From NCBI GenBank assembly GCA_963751455.1, contig CAVVUN010000012.1:1-64000 (forward strand): 64,000 bases of DNA, written 5' to 3'. Both the position numbers and the translations under genes were made by a program. Origin of the DNA: Nitrospirota bacterium. Its GTDB lineage: Bacteria > Nitrospirota > UBA9217. This document shows, in pieces, positions 1-15,371 of the stretch (its first letter is position 1; each line of letters begins with the position of its first letter). The notes beneath the pieces are model-generated. The model did no database searches, was not told where the DNA came from, and saw only the letters and a list, made by a program, of their open reading frames with translations.

Positions 1-2876
<2,876 letters not shown>

Positions 2877-3059
2877 ACCAAATCTGCTTCTGGCAAATTC
2901 AGCTTTTTCTTGATTTTCGCCTCAGCTTTACTTGTACTCTTGCTATTCAGTTGTCAAAGAACAATCCGCGAGCATCACTGCTGTCGGGAACTTTCAAAAC
3001 TCAACAGTTCAATATTCCTCGTTGAATATTAAATCTTGAATATCTGAATTATTGAATTA

Positions 3060-3135
3060 TGGTGGAGCTGAGCGGGATCGAACCGCTGACCCCCTGCTTG
3101 CAAAGCAGGTGCTCTCCCAGCTGAGCTACAGCCCC
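3060..3135 (-). tRNA. tRNA-Ala(TGC) in the 16S-23S spacer
   Basis: GGGGCTGTAGCTCAGCTGGGAGAGCACCTGCTTTGCAAGCAGG...CTCCACCA; 76 nt with encoded CCA. Confidence 0.98.
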
Positions 3136-3199
3136 TGATTTACTGCAAACGGTCTAAACCGTTTGAACTGTTGAAACCGATTTAGGATTTGTTATCAGT

Positions 3200-3276
<77 letters not shown>

Positions 3277-3491
3277 GTTTTAACAGGCTCAGGACTTTTC
3301 CCGGGGGTAAAGCTCCGAGCCCATGCCTATAGCCCTGAGCAACTTAATAAATCCGAAGCTCTAAGCTCCAAAATCCTAGATTAGGATTTCGAAATTAAAC
3401 TTCGAATTTGCGCTTACTCATGGTCCTTCAAAACTAAATAGGTGCTGGCGAACGACCTAAGATGAGAGACTGCCGAAGCAATCCCTGATTC

Positions 3492-5062
<1,571 letters not shown>

Positions 5063-5170
5063 AATCTGATCCTATGCAATGTTACTCAAGGTAACTTGAC
5101 TGTTTTTGTTTCTCAAAACCCGCCACTTCCAAAGACCTGGTGAAGTCCTTGGAAGCAATGCACCTATTTA

Positions 5171-5383
5171 GTTTTCAAAGACCATGCGCCTGCTTCGTCG
5201 CAGAATATTGATATTAACAAATGTAACTTGCTTTGTCAAGAAAAATATCTTCGTTTAACTTTATTCCGGTAAACTATATTTTTCTGTAAAGATCGGTTGG
5301 TATTTAGGAACTTCGAGGTTTTGCCCGAGGTTTATTACCGCCGAATGAGGGCGCAATCTAACACAAGCCCTATGCACTGTCAA
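5171..5383 (-). promoter_or_regulatory. Tandem rrn promoters (P1, P2) and boxA
   Basis: TTGACA(5383-5378)-17 bp-TAGATT(5360-5355) with TG extension and GC-rich discriminator; TTGACA(5239-5234)-17 bp-TAATAT(5216-5211); boxA-like TGGTCTTTGAAAAC at 5184-5171 (second boxA TGTTCTTTGACAA at 2963-2951). Confidence 0.75.
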
Positions 5384-5466
5384 GACTTTTTTCGTTGCTG
5401 CCGATTTTTTTTCTGTACCGGAACAATCATATGTTCTCTCATTTTATATTCCGTGTCAAGAGAGCC

Positions 5467-6693
5467 CTAAGTAGGAGATGTTCGTGCCAAAACCTTTACA
5501 AACCGCTTCTTTCCGATGCGCAAAACATACTGGCCGGACGATGAGAGCTCCGCGTCTACGTCCCTTACCGGCTGCTGATCCACTTCCACAGCATTCTGCT
5601 GTATTAGCCTTCGGGCTTCGGAATTGCTCTTTGCCGCGCCGGACAGCGCTATAATCTTTACCAGTTTCATGTTCTGGCCTTCCCAGGCAATTTCAACAAC
5701 CGGGATATCGTCGGGCATGTCTTTTTTACTGAAAACCTTTTCGAACTCGGCCCGCGCCTTGACACCCTCTCCTTTTGCGCAGAACCGGTCGGCAAGTTCG
5801 GCCGCAATCCTCTTTTTCGCCTCCATCGGATGAAGCCTTCCTGACTTTATATCATCCTTTATCTTCCCAAGTTCATCAAGTGTCACTGCGCTGACAAGAT
5901 CGTAATAGCGCAGCATCAAATCATCGCTTACAGACATGACCTTGCCGAAGATCTCTTTCGCCGGCTCGTTGATCCCGATATAGTTTCCGAGACTTTTGCT
6001 CATCTTGTTTACACCATCCAGCCCTTCAAGAAGCGGCATCATTACAATGCATTGCGGCTCCTGGCCGTATTCCTTCTGCAGCTCGCGGCCGACAAGGAGA
6101 TTGAACTTCTGGTCCGTGCCGCCAAGTTCCACATCCGCTTTCAGTGCAACTGAATCGTATCCCTGTATTAAAGGATAGAGAAATTCGTGGATACTGATGG
6201 GGAGCTGCGATTCATACCGCTTCTTGAAGTCTTCACGCTCGAGCATACGGGCAACAGTATGTTTCGCGGCAAGCTGTATCATGTCGGACGATGACAGTTT
6301 CCCCATCCATTCGCTGTTGAAGGCTATCTTCGTTTTGTCGCGATCGAGGATCTTATAGATCTGCTGCTGATACGTCTTCGCGTTCTGGGCTACCTCTTCC
6401 TTCGAAAGATGCTTCCGGGTCTCGGACTTCCCTGTAGGGTCGCCGATCATGCCGGTAAAGTCGCCGATCAAAAATAAGACTTCATGGCCGAGATCCTGAA
6501 ATTGGCGGGCCTTATTTAGAGGCACTGCATGGCCAAGGTGGATATCCGGCGCGGTTGGATCGAAGCCAAGCTTGACACGCAGCGGCTTCCCGGTCGAAAC
6601 GGACTTTTCGAGCTTCTTGAGCAGATCCGCCTCGACAATGATCTCCACCGCTCCGCGCTTTATAACATCAAGTTGTTCTTTTGCTGAAAGCAT
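5467..6693 (-). CDS. tyrS: Tyrosine--tRNA ligase
   Basis: [13 protein letters not shown] (HIGH motif), [14 protein letters not shown]-terminal S4 domain. Confidence 0.97.
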   Translation of the reverse strand: MLSAKEQLDVIKRGAVEIIVEADLLKKLEKSVSTGKPLRVKLGFDPTAPDIHLGHAVPLNKARQFQDLGHEVLFLIGDFTGMIGDPTGKSETRKHLSKEEVAQNAKTYQQQIYKILDRDKTKIAFNSEWMGKLSSSDMIQLAAKHTVARMLEREDFKKRYESQLPISIHEFLYPLIQGYDSVALKADVELGGTDQKFNLLVGRELQKEYGQEPQCIVMMPLLEGLDGVNKMSKSLGNYIGINEPAKEIFGKVMSVSDDLMLRYYDLVSAVTLDELGKIKDDIKSGRLHPMEAKKRIAAELADRFCAKGEGVKARAEFEKVFSKKDMPDDIPVVEIAWEGQNMKLVKIIALSGAAKSNSEARRLIQQNAVEVDQQPVRDVDAELSSSGQYVLRIGKKRFVKVLARTSPT

Positions 6694-6908
6694 CCCACAT
6701 CCAGTCAGTATTAGCCATTAAACTGTTCTGATTATCGAAAAACCAGACGACACTATCCGCGTTTCTTGCTTTATTGCGCTTCAATGTTTGGCATAGCGGA
6801 GTGAATTTTTTTATCATACGCTTCTTCAAAAGTCAATTTAATAGTGCCGTTCCTAAGGATAAGACAACACAAGGAAAGAACTGAACGATAGCGAGGTAGA
6901 AGATGAAT

Positions 6909-6932
6909 AAAAAGGCGGGTAAGCTACCCGCC
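6909..6932 (-). terminator. Intrinsic terminator after the small Lys-rich ORF
   Basis: Minus strand GGCGGGTA-GCT-TACCCGCC followed by TTTTT. Confidence 0.8.
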
Positions 6933-6943
6933 CGATGTCGCTG

Positions 6944-7012
6944 CTATTTTTTCTTCGCCGTTTTCTTTTTAACCGCCTTTTTCACTGTGCCGCATTTTTT
7001 TCCGCACGCCAT
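6944..7012 (-). CDS. 22-aa Lys-rich peptide MACGKKCGTVKKAVKKKTAKKK (below the ORF-track cutoff)
   Basis: Strong SD AAGGAGGTGA just upstream of ATG; stop followed directly by an intrinsic terminator. Confidence 0.7.
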   Translation of the reverse strand: MACGKKCGTVKKAVKKKTAKKK

Positions 7013-7085
7013 TGACTGTCACCTCCTTTAAAAAAACAGGATGCCTGAAAAAAGTCGTTGCTGAGGAACAAAATCCGCAATCCGG

Positions 7086-8009
7086 TCAAACTTTGAGCGC
7101 CTCGTGAGCGTCCTGCACATCTTTCCGGATCTGATGAATGAGCGCTTCGGCATTCTGAAACTTCTCTTCTCCACGAAGACGTTTTACAAAAACAATTTCC
7201 ATCTCCTTTCCGTAGAGATCTTCATCGAACTCGAAAAGATATACTTCAATCGAAACAGGCCCGGAGTCGAAGGTCGGGCGGATTCCAATCGATGCGACCC
7301 CCTTCAGTGTCCTGCCCTCTACCTCTCCGTAGACGGCATATACACCAAAACCGGGTATCACCTCATTGACCGTTTTAAGATTTGCGGTTGGAAAACCGAG
7401 CGAGTGTCCGCGGCTTGCCCCGTGAACGACTTCACCGTCTATAGTATAGCGTCTGCCGAGAAGGACAACTGCTTCTTCGACCCTGCCGCCTGCAATCAGT
7501 TCACGGATTGAAGAGCTGCTCACCACTGCCCCGTTGACGAGAACCGGTTCGATGACTCCGACTTTAAAACCGTAAGCCACGCCCATTTTTTTGAGCGACT
7601 CGATGCTTCCCTCACGGTCCTTGCCGAAAGCATAATCATATCCGACATAAATTTCCTTGGCGCCTATCAGCTTATGCAGCACCTCCCGGGCAAATTCGTC
7701 CGGGTTCTGATCGGCGAAAGTCCGTGTGAAGTTTGCGCAGATAACGATATCGATGCCGGCCGCCTCGAGCAGCTTCATCTTGGCATGGAAAGTATTCAGG
7801 AGAAGCGGGGACCGCTCCGGCGCAAGCACCTTGAGGGGATGCGGTTCGAAGGTAAACGCGATTGACGTGCCCCCGGTCTGCTTCGCGCGCTCCACAACCT
7901 TTTTGAAAATCGCTTGGTGACCCAGGTGAACTCCGTCGAAGTTGCCGAGCGTAAGAACAGGATTGCGAAACCGTTCAGTCAGATTCTTTACTCCGCGTAT
8001 GATCCTCAT
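7086..8009 (-). CDS. ribF: Bifunctional riboflavin kinase/FAD synthetase
   Basis: GNFDGVHLGHQ, TFEPHP, VSSSSIR, LGFPTAN, GIRPTF; likely start MRIIRG at 8009. Confidence 0.95.
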   Translation of the reverse strand: MRIIRGVKNLTERFRNPVLTLGNFDGVHLGHQAIFKKVVERAKQTGGTSIAFTFEPHPLKVLAPERSPLLLNTFHAKMKLLEAAGIDIVICANFTRTFADQNPDEFAREVLHKLIGAKEIYVGYDYAFGKDREGSIESLKKMGVAYGFKVGVIEPVLVNGAVVSSSSIRELIAGGRVEEAVVLLGRRYTIDGEVVHGASRGHSLGFPTANLKTVNEVIPGFGVYAVYGEVEGRTLKGVASIGIRPTFDSGPVSIEVYLFEFDEDLYGKEMEIVFVKRLRGEEKFQNAEALIHQIRKDVQDAHEALKV

Positions 8010-8300
8010 TGCGCAGGGATAATCGCACAATAGCCTGAAATTGTCAACCCCGGCAGCAGCATAGCAGCGTTCTTTCCCCTCCTTGAATCGCCTTATCGCT
8101 GCCGACACAATCCCTGCATCTCTGGTCCTGGAACCATAACGCTTTGAAAGGAACTTTCGCTTCTGCAAAGTGAAAAAGATCAGCCGCTGCCCCGGTAAAA
8201 TAACGACAGTTTCCGAGAGACGTCTAACTGAGCGGCATCTATAAGCCCAAGTTGATTAGCTGAGCGGGATAATGTCGAATAAAATAAGTCTATTTCGGGG

Positions 8301-8330
8301 TTGACAATAAAACGGGCGCTATGCTATAAA
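8301..8330 (+). promoter_or_regulatory. Sigma70-type promoter upstream of the DUF1015-gap region
   Basis: TTGACA-18 bp-TATAAA with TG extended -10. Confidence 0.6.
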
Positions 8331-8377
8331 AGAGGTCTTTTGAAAGCATTTACTGTTCATGGTCAAGGATTCAGGAA

Positions 8378-9703
8378 ATGGCAACTGTAGCGCCCTTCAA
8401 GGGGATACTATATAATAAAGTTAAAGCGGGCAACATCAGCAGCCTCGTTTGCCCGCCCTATGACATCATATCACCATTAGAACAACAGGAACTTTATAGA
8501 AAGAGCGCCTATAATATAATCCGGCTTGAATACGGACTCGAGAGTCCCGCAGACACTCCTGAAGACAACCGGTATACCCGTGCGGCTGCCCTCCTGAATG
8601 ACTGGTATAAATCCGCGATAGTGCTGCAGAACGAGAAGCCTGCCATCTATATTTACGAGATGGAGTACTCCCTAGGTACTAGAACGAAAAAATTGCGCGG
8701 TTTTATTTCACTTGTAAAGATTGAAGATTATGACTCCGGGATCGTTAAGCCTCATGAGACGACTCTCTCCGGTCCCAAGACGGACCGGCTGAACCTTCTG
8801 CGGGCCTGCCGAGCAAGTTTCAGCCAGATTTTCTCGCTCTTTTCCGACCCGGAAGGCAAAGTATCCGGCATTCTCGAAAAAAACACGCGGCCGGCGGAGA
8901 TTGAGGTAAAAAACCACGATGGCGTGCTGCACCGCGTCTGGAGACTGACGGACGAGCATGATATCTCCGCGATAGTCGCTGAAATGGCGGATAAAGCCTT
9001 TTTCATTGCGGATGGACATCATCGCTATGATACTGCACTTAACTACCGGAACGAGCGCCGCAAAACTTCGGAAGCGGGGGGCCAGACGGAGCCCTTCAAT
9101 TTCGTACCGATGTTTTTGGCACGATTGGAAGACCCGGGGATAACCATACTGCCCGCCCACCGGGTGCTGTTTAACCTGAACAATTTCGAACCTAGCCGCT
9201 TCGAGGACGATCTGAACCGGTATTTCGATATAGAGCGGATCGATTTCAACAAAAAATCCGAGAACAAGGACCTGCTTACGGTGCTGGAAACCATGGCCCA
9301 TCGGGCGGACAAGGCCCATGTTTTCGGTATGCGGATCAAGGGAGAGCACAGCTATTATTTGCTGACTCTGAGGAACGAAGCGGACATGGACAAGCTGCTT
9401 TCCGGCAATTCCCCTGCGTACCGGAAACTGGACGTCTCGATCCTTCATCACCTGATCATTGACAAGCTACTCGGGATCAGCATGGAAACGCATAAGCTCG
9501 GATTGAATATTGAATACATTAAAAATGCCGACGAGGCCGACAGGCGGGTGCATGACGGTACTGCCGATATTGCCTTCTATATGAATCCGACGAAGGTGAA
9601 TGAAGTCAAGGAAGTTGCGGACTCGGGCGAGCGCATGCCCCAGAAGGCAACCTACTTCTATCCGAAGCTCCTTACCGGGCTGGTAATGTATAAAATGGAT
9701 TAA
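8378..9703 (+). CDS. DUF1015 family protein
   Basis: CPPYDII, KPHETT, IADGHHRY and MPQKATYFYPKLLTG motifs. Confidence 0.9.
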   Translation: MATVAPFKGILYNKVKAGNISSLVCPPYDIISPLEQQELYRKSAYNIIRLEYGLESPADTPEDNRYTRAAALLNDWYKSAIVLQNEKPAIYIYEMEYSLGTRTKKLRGFISLVKIEDYDSGIVKPHETTLSGPKTDRLNLLRACRASFSQIFSLFSDPEGKVSGILEKNTRPAEIEVKNHDGVLHRVWRLTDEHDISAIVAEMADKAFFIADGHHRYDTALNYRNERRKTSEAGGQTEPFNFVPMFLARLEDPGITILPAHRVLFNLNNFEPSRFEDDLNRYFDIERIDFNKKSENKDLLTVLETMAHRADKAHVFGMRIKGEHSYYLLTLRNEADMDKLLSGNSPAYRKLDVSILHHLIIDKLLGISMETHKLGLNIEYIKNADEADRRVHDGTADIAFYMNPTKVNEVKEVADSGERMPQKATYFYPKLLTGLVMYKMD

Positions 9704-9710
9704 AAGATTT

Positions 9711-9801
9711 ATCCGCAGATTTCACAGATGTACGCAGATTTTTTAAGAAAAAACAAATCAGGCCTGGATTCTAATCGGCGAAATCTGCGTAATCTGCGGA
9801 T
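9711..9801. repeat. Bipartite palindromic repeat, ATCCGCAGATT type
   Basis: ATCCGCAGATTTCACAGATGTACGCAGATT ... AAATCTGCGTAATCTGCGGAT; related copies at 31115, 43100 and 50478. Confidence 0.85.
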
Positions 9802-9842
9802 CATAATATTGACTCGTTTGATACTTTCGCTCCGCACTTTAA

Positions 9843-10871
<1,029 letters not shown>

Positions 10872-10878
10872 TAAAGGC

Positions 10879-11006
10879 AAATCTCAATATCCAAATCTCA
10901 GATCCCAAATAATATCCAATTCGAAATCTCATTGTTCGAGACGTTTTGGATTTGATTCTTGGTGCTTGTATTTTATTTGGGATTTGGTGCTTGATATTTG
11001 GAATTT
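10879..11006. repeat. Degenerate 7-nt-periodic inverted repeat between gap and pgk
   Basis: CAAATCT-CAATATC-CAAATCT-CAGATCC-CAAATAA ... TTATTTG-GGATTTG-GTGCTTG-ATATTTG. Confidence 0.7.
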
Positions 11007-11024
11007 CACCACGAGGGTACATCA

Positions 11025-12230
11025 ATGAACAAAAAAACCATCGAGAAAATAGACCTTAAGAACAAGCGCGTGTTCATCCGCGCTGACTTCAATGTTCCCC
11101 TGGATGAAAATGGGAATATCACCGATGACGGCAGGATCCGTTCGACATTGCCGACAATCAACTATGCTCTCGACGCGGGCGCAAAAGTGATCCTCGCATC
11201 GCATCTCGGCCGCCCAAAAGGCAAACCGAATCCTAAATACAGCCTTGCACCGGTTGCGCTCCGTTTGAACCGGCTTCTGAATAAAGAGGTAAAGTTCGCC
11301 AAGGACTGCATCGGGCCGGACGTTGAGCACATGGTTGCCGGAATGCGGCCGGGAGACGTTCTGCTTCTCGAAAACCTCAGGTTCCATCCCGAAGAAGAAA
11401 AAAACGACGAGCAGTTCTCAAAGGCCCTCGCGGCCTTTACCGATGTGTATGTCAACGACGCCTTCGGTACGGCTCATCGCGCACACGCGTCCACATACGG
11501 TATTACGAAGTTCGTGAAACTATCGGTCGCCGGGTTCCTGATGAAAAAGGAGATCGAATATCTCCAGAAGACTGTGGCAAGCCCGGTCAGGCCCTTTGTC
11601 GCAATCCTCGGCGGGGCCAAGGTATCCGGCAAGATCGGCGTCATCGAGAACCTCCAAAACAAGGTGGACAAGATCATTGTGGGCGGCGCCATGGCCTTCA
11701 CGTTCATAAAAGCGGAGGGATGCGAAGTCGGCAGTTCGCTCGTGGAAGACGACATGCTCGAAATGGCCAAGCGCCTGAGAAAGGGCGCGCGGGATAAAGG
11801 AGTCAAGTTCTACCTGCCGGTCGACTTTGTCGTAGCGGAGAATACAAACGACGGTGCAGAGACCAAAATCGTAACCTCGCAGGAAATCCCGAAGGGATGG
11901 GTTGGCCTCGACATCGGCCCGGCCACGGTCCGTCTTTTCGCAGAAGCGATACAGGATGCAAAGACGATCATCTGGAACGGTCCCATGGGCCTTTTCGAGA
12001 AAGACGCCTATTCGCGTGGAACGTTTGCGATAGCCCGCGCGGTTGCCGACGCTTATGCAACTACCATTGTGGGCGGGGGGGACACGGATGTGGCGGTGCA
12101 CAGGGCAGGCGTTTCTGACAGCATTACGTTTATCTCGACCGGCGGCGGTGCTTCACTTGAACTTCTGGAAGGCAAGGAACTGCCGGGCCTGGCTGCCCTG
12201 ACGAACGATAATGAAACCGGTAAACGGTAG
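11025..12230 (+). CDS. pgk: Phosphoglycerate kinase
   Basis: [38 protein letters not shown]. Confidence 0.98.
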   Translation: MNKKTIEKIDLKNKRVFIRADFNVPLDENGNITDDGRIRSTLPTINYALDAGAKVILASHLGRPKGKPNPKYSLAPVALRLNRLLNKEVKFAKDCIGPDVEHMVAGMRPGDVLLLENLRFHPEEEKNDEQFSKALAAFTDVYVNDAFGTAHRAHASTYGITKFVKLSVAGFLMKKEIEYLQKTVASPVRPFVAILGGAKVSGKIGVIENLQNKVDKIIVGGAMAFTFIKAEGCEVGSSLVEDDMLEMAKRLRKGARDKGVKFYLPVDFVVAENTNDGAETKIVTSQEIPKGWVGLDIGPATVRLFAEAIQDAKTIIWNGPMGLFEKDAYSRGTFAIARAVADAYATTIVGGGDTDVAVHRAGVSDSITFISTGGGASLELLEGKELPGLAALTNDNETGKR

Positions 12231-12324
12231 AAGCGTTAAGTCGTCAAGTTGTTGAGCAAGGCTTAACAACTCAACTAGTACACGATTCAACCACTTAACA
12301 CCCTCATCCAGAAAAGAGGATACT

Positions 12325-13086
12325 ATGAACGTGAAGAGAAGACCTATCATCGCAGGAAACTGGAAGATGAACAAAACGACCGGCGAGGCAGGCGACTTGG
12401 CCGCGGAGCTGATACCGCTTGTCTCCGCTGTAAAGGACCGGGACATCGTACTTGCCCCGCCCTTTACCTCGTTAGAAGCAGTTTCAGAGACGATCAAGGG
12501 GACAAACATCTCCCTCTCAGCCCAGAACATGCACTGGGAAGACAAAGGCGCCTTTACCGGCGAGATTTCGGCTGAAATGCTGTTGGATTTGAACTGCAAG
12601 TATGTTATTATCGGCCATAGTGAACGCCGTCAGTTCTTTGGCGAAACCGATGAAACAGTCAACAAGAAGGTGAAACAGTCTTTCAAGAAGGGCCTACAGC
12701 CCATTATGTGCGTCGGTGAGACACTTGCAGAGCGAGAAGCCGGAAAACTGAACGAGATCATAAACCGGCAGGTAGCCGGCGGACTCAAGGACATTGGCTC
12801 CGATGATATGAAGAAGGTCGTCATTGCCTATGAGCCCGTATGGGCCATCGGCACCGGGAAGACCGCGACTCCTGAGCAGGCCAATGAAGTGCATGCACTG
12901 ATTCGACAGAAAGTAAAGTCGCTTTATGATGCCGAGATCGCCGAAGGCATCCGGATCCAGTATGGAGGCAGCGTAACGCCGGAGAACGTATCGAGCCTGA
13001 TGGCAAAACCGGACATCGACGGCGCCCTGGTCGGAGGCGCGAGCCTCAAACCGGAGTCCTTCGCGGCGCTGGTAAACTTTAAGTAA
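12325..13086 (+). CDS. tpiA: Triosephosphate isomerase
   Basis: AGNWKMN, GHSERR, AYEPVWAIGTG, LVGGASL. Confidence 0.98.
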   Translation: MNVKRRPIIAGNWKMNKTTGEAGDLAAELIPLVSAVKDRDIVLAPPFTSLEAVSETIKGTNISLSAQNMHWEDKGAFTGEISAEMLLDLNCKYVIIGHSERRQFFGETDETVNKKVKQSFKKGLQPIMCVGETLAEREAGKLNEIINRQVAGGLKDIGSDDMKKVVIAYEPVWAIGTGKTATPEQANEVHALIRQKVKSLYDAEIAEGIRIQYGGSVTPENVSSLMAKPDIDGALVGGASLKPESFAALVNFK

Positions 13087-13092
13087 GTTTTA

Positions 13093-13202
13093 TTCACAGA
13101 GAACATGCCCTGCTCTAGCGAAAGCGCGGGTACAAGCAGAACCAAAGAGATAAATCGAGGTCTTAATACTTTTCTCGGAGATCTCTGTTTTACTCTGTGG
13201 CA
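13093..13202. repeat. Bipartite palindrome (CACAGAG type) with nested hairpin at 13107-13137
   Basis: CACAGAGAACAT[GCCCTGC...GGGTACAAGC]AGAACC ... CTCTGTTTTACTCTGTGG. Confidence 0.65.
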
Positions 13203-13225
13203 AATTAACGGGGAGGTAGTTGGTA

Positions 13226-13564
13226 ATGAGATATTTTTTAATATCGCTTCATGTAATTGTTTCGGCAATCCTCATAGCGATGGTTCTTCTTCAGAAGGGC
13301 AAGGGCGCTGATATCGGAGCTGCCTTCGGGGGCGCGTCCCAGACGGTCTTCGGGCCGCGGGGTGCCGCTAGTTTCCTCGCGAAGCTCACGACCGGAGCCG
13401 CGATTCTTTTCATGGTGACCTCTCTTGGACTTGCCATTACCTCTTCAAAGAGAAGTTCGGTCATGGAAGGCGTAAAACAGCAGCCTCAGCAGACTGCACC
13501 TGCTGTTCCTCTTGCACCGCCCGGCCAAACAGCACCTGCTCCTGCGCCTGCACCCGGAAAATAG
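13226..13564 (+). CDS. secG: Preprotein translocase subunit SecG
   Basis: VLLQKGKGADIGAAFGG motif, two TM helices, canonical position after tpiA. Confidence 0.95.
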   Translation: MRYFLISLHVIVSAILIAMVLLQKGKGADIGAAFGGASQTVFGPRGAASFLAKLTTGAAILFMVTSLGLAITSSKRSSVMEGVKQQPQQTAPAVPLAPPGQTAPAPAPAPGK

Positions 13565-13591
13565 CAGGCCGCGAATCGCCGGTAGAAAATT

Positions 13592-13620
13592 GGGTAGGCC
13601 TTGCCTACCCTTTTCTTTTT
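13592..13620 (+). terminator. Intrinsic terminator after secG
   Basis: GGGTAGGC-CTT-GCCTACCC followed by TTTTCTTTTT. Confidence 0.8.
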
Positions 13621-13697
13621 GAAGAGCCTTTTGGACACGGATAAAATCTGAAAAATCGGATTTTTTAAATTCGATTTACCCCTTCGTGATTTTGCGC

Positions 13698-15275
13698 ATG
13701 AAAAAGTTTCTCTTTTATATACTTCCGTTTTCCCTTCTTTTCTCCGCCTGCGGCGAAAAGGTCGAACGGAACCCCAACAGCTTTGTTGAAAGCTCCATCG
13801 GCGACGCCCGAAGATTAAACCCGGTGATTGCGAACGATTCCGCCTCGGGCACAATTAATGACCATGTATTCAGCGGCCTGGTAAAATATGACAAGGACAT
13901 CAAGATCGTCGGCGATTTGGCCGAGCGCTGGCAGATCTCAAACGGCGGCAAAACAATAACCTTTTTCATTCGCAAAGGGGTCAAGTGGCATGACGGGGTG
14001 GAATTTACAGCGGAGGATTGCCTGTTCACTTATAAAAGACTGATGGACCCGAATGTGGCGACGCCGTACAGCAGTTCCTATATGGATGTTGCGAAAGCGG
14101 AAGTCGTCGATAAATACACGTTCAGGGTCACCTATAAGGAGCCGTTTTCCCCGGCGCTCGAAAGCTGGGCCGCAGGCATGATTCCGAAGCATCTTTTAGA
14201 CGGCAAGGATATCAATACCGATGCCTTCAACCGCCGTCCTATCGGGACCGGACCGTACAAGTTCAAACAGTGGATTGCCGGCCAGAAGATCGTGCTCGAA
14301 GCAAATAATGACTTTTTTGAAGGGCGACCCAATATAGACCAGTTTGTCTACCGGATTATTCCCGATAGCACCACGATGTTCCAGGAGCTGCTCTCGGGCG
14401 GCGTTGACATGATGGGATTGACCCCTTTGCAGTATCTGCGTAAAAGCGAAACACGCCGCATAAAAGAAAACTATAAAAAATTACGCTATCCGGCAAATGC
14501 CTTTACCTATATGGGATACAACCTGACGAGCCCTCTCTTTCAAGACATTAAAGTCCGCCAGGCCCTCTCCTATGCGATCAACCGGCAAAACATCATAGAC
14601 GGTCTCCTGCTCGGCCTGGGTAAACCCTGTACCGGGCCGTTCTCGTACGTCTCATGGGCGTACAATCCAAACGTAAAGAGCTACGATTACAATCCCGGAC
14701 TAGCGACCCGAATGCTGGCTGAAGAGGGATGGAAGGATGGAAACGGCGACGGGGTCCTGGAGAAAAACGGCAGGCCTTTCCGTTTCACGATTTTGACCAA
14801 CCAGGGCAACACGGAGCGTATTCGCTCCGCCGAGATCATCCAGCAGAACCTGAAGGCCATCGGCATTGACGTTACTATCAGAGTCATGGAATGGCAGGCA
14901 TTCCTTGAGCAGATCGATAAGCGCTCATTTGAAGCGATGATCCTGGGCTGGAGTCTGGGACGCGACCCGGATATCTACGACATCTGGCATTCGAGCAAAA
15001 CCAGAAAAGGAGAATATAATTTCATAGGATATAAAAACGCCGAGGTAGACCGGCTGCTGGTCGAGGGACGAAGGACCTTCGATATCGAAAAGAGAAAGAA
15101 AATATACTACCGTATCCACGCGATTCTCGCTGAAGAACAGCCATACTCTTTCCTGTACGTGCCCGACGCCCTGCCGATAGTGCACAAACGGTTCAAGGGC
15201 ATCGAAGTCGCGCCGCTCGGAATCATGTACAACTTCATCGACTGGTATGTGCCGAAAAATAAAATAGAGTGGTAA
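13698..15275 (+). CDS. ABC transporter peptide-binding lipoprotein (SBP family 5)
   Basis: Lipobox FSAC, GVKWHDG, PIGTGPYKF, VRQALSYAINR. Confidence 0.92.
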   Translation: MKKFLFYILPFSLLFSACGEKVERNPNSFVESSIGDARRLNPVIANDSASGTINDHVFSGLVKYDKDIKIVGDLAERWQISNGGKTITFFIRKGVKWHDGVEFTAEDCLFTYKRLMDPNVATPYSSSYMDVAKAEVVDKYTFRVTYKEPFSPALESWAAGMIPKHLLDGKDINTDAFNRRPIGTGPYKFKQWIAGQKIVLEANNDFFEGRPNIDQFVYRIIPDSTTMFQELLSGGVDMMGLTPLQYLRKSETRRIKENYKKLRYPANAFTYMGYNLTSPLFQDIKVRQALSYAINRQNIIDGLLLGLGKPCTGPFSYVSWAYNPNVKSYDYNPGLATRMLAEEGWKDGNGDGVLEKNGRPFRFTILTNQGNTERIRSAEIIQQNLKAIGIDVTIRVMEWQAFLEQIDKRSFEAMILGWSLGRDPDIYDIWHSSKTRKGEYNFIGYKNAEVDRLLVEGRRTFDIEKRKKIYYRIHAILAEEQPYSFLYVPDALPIVHKRFKGIEVAPLGIMYNFIDWYVPKNKIEW

Positions 15276-15371
15276 AATAATAGCTTTTGGACACGGATTT
15301 ACACACCCTGCACTCGCGTTACACTCGTAAACGATGGGCGCAGGCGGAAAATTCGGATAAGGCTTAAAATT

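Noticed and set aside
5425-5459. Third rrn promoter at TTGACA 5459-5454
   Set aside because: No acceptable -10 at 16-18 bp spacing.
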